A stretch of DNA of 64,000 nucleotides from Zygnema circumcarinatum SAG 698-1b (lineage: Eukaryota; Plantae; Zygnematophyceae), in the NCBI GenBank assembly GCA_037447605.1, contig CM074809.1:2036689-2100688 (forward strand). The letters are read 5' to 3'. The notes beneath the pieces were generated by a model, which worked only from the letters and a program-made list of their open reading frames with translations, did no database searches and was not told where the DNA came from. Of the stretch, positions 62,780-64,000 are shown in pieces; the first letter of the stretch is position 1, and each line of letters starts with the position of its first letter. The position numbers and the translations under genes were made by a program.

Positions 62780-63627
62780 TTATTGAAAGGTGTCGCGATC
62801 TGATGGGAAGTCCGATTGCTGGTTGCTGTTGTTCATGAATGAATTTTGTAAGCCATTGCACTTCCATAAATCTGCATGCATTGCATTCCAAACGCCCCGC
62901 AGAATCGCCGCGTCCGGCAATCCGCGGGTGTTTTATTCCTATCATTTTTCACAGCAGAACTGATCAACTGATCAACTGGAAATGACGGGAGTCAGCAAGG
63001 TAGACGATGTTTATTCAAACACGTGCACAATTGGAGAGGTTGAAGGTTCAAGTACTGTAGAACCTCTGTAAGTGTAAGGGCCGAGAGCTGGGTCAGGGGA
63101 GCTTTTATAAGTCCTAACATTGATCTAGCCTCGATTGAACCCCTCTGTGTGAAATTGTTGTCAACAGGAAAACTTTGCTTAGGGCAAAGCAGGCTGTTCT
63201 GTTCCGTACTGTCTTAATAAATAACCAAGTAATAGCCTCTAAGCCAAATTTTTACTACCAGCTAGAGAAAGTGTAATCTCTCGAAGGGCCTTTCAAGTAG
63301 CACAAGTCCTTCCAACAAGGACCTTGTGAATCAACTCGCCCATTCCTTGAAGCTAGAAGTCACTCTCTCATTCTCTGGCCCATAGGCGGCTCCAAGTACT
63401 GCAAGGAACTGAAGCCTAATTCTCATACATCGAAACAGATTTGAAGTGAGTAGAGAAGAATATATAGTTCTGTTGTTGAACTGTTCCAAAACCTGAGGTG
63501 TCGAAAGTTTCATGAAGTTCAGCAAAAAAAATTGAAGGGAGACGTGTACACGAGTGGACGAGGGAAGTTTGCTTCGAAAGCGGCTGTCACAACTCGACGG
63601 CCAAACAGCCAGCGGCCCGGCGAACTC

Positions 63628-63890
63628 AGGCTCGCGATATATCCCGATACGAAAATTGGCGATAGGTGGACCTACGATAGTCACAGTACCTGAAAAGACG
63701 ATATTTTACGATATATCGCAACCTTTGTATCGATACGACAGACCATCGTTAAGTATCGTTCAGCGATATGTTCGCATAATATCGTGTAACCTAATATCGG
63801 CACATATCGTAGCGATTAGTATCGTCACGTATAGATATGCGGTATATGGATATCGATACGCGTCATTCTCGACCTTTTTATCGTACACTA
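63628..63890. repeat. CGATA/TATCG motif array (possible MITE subterminal repeats)
   Basis: More than 15 copies, mostly CGATA on the left and TATCG on the right. Confidence 0.5.
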
Positions 63891-63936
63891 TTCGACAGTT
63901 CAAGCACGGGGCAATTTTTTGGACGAATTGCGTGCT

Positions 63937-63998
63937 GCCACGTGGTGGGCTGAATGTGGAAACCGCTTTTCGAGCCGTGGTCGGAGGTGCCACGTGGC
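63937..63998. promoter_or_regulatory. Two G-box (CACGTG) motifs, one a perfect GCCACGTGGC palindrome
   Basis: GCCACGTGG at 63937-63945 and GCCACGTGGC at 63989-63998. No target gene is visible in the window. Confidence 0.3.
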
Positions 63999-64000
63999 GG

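Noticed and set aside
1-64000. CRISPR arrays, rRNA, tRNA or prokaryotic operons
   Set aside because: No repeat-spacer arrays or structural RNA genes were recognised, and the genes are intron-containing eukaryotic genes. The PBS motifs are tRNA-complementary sites, not tRNA genes.

Overview
Eukaryotic nuclear DNA, probably from a streptophyte alga or early-diverging plant (inferred from a TBL gene, a plant-type U11/U12-59K gene and chromoviruses). Positions ~815-40600 are a deeply nested LTR-retrotransposon island with several N gaps and patchy indel noise. A minus-strand Copia-derived element B (815-27756, TSD AAGGT) appears to lack INT-RT-RNaseH. Its 3' LTR holds a Copia D, a solo LTR of its own family (TSD CAATG) and a Copia A (TSD CTTAG), and Copia A itself contains a full chromovirus. 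Two more copies of that chromovirus and a non-chromovirus Ty3/gypsy element (C) complete the island. The chromovirus has a clear candidate -1 frameshift signal (G_GAA_AAC plus an 11-bp hairpin). Positions ~41900-62800 hold four spliced host genes: a TBL/PC-esterase O-acetyltransferase, the minor-spliceosome U11/U12-59K gene, a 2xCCHC-knuckle + WRN-type 3'-5' exonuclease, and a YqaJ/lambda-exonuclease-like gene. Small DNA-transposon-like elements lie between them. The most notable observation is a perfect U12-type 5' splice site inside intron 1 of the U11/U12-59K gene; using it with the normal acceptor would create a premature stop, suggesting a possible autoregulatory switch. All alignments and exon models were made by eye.
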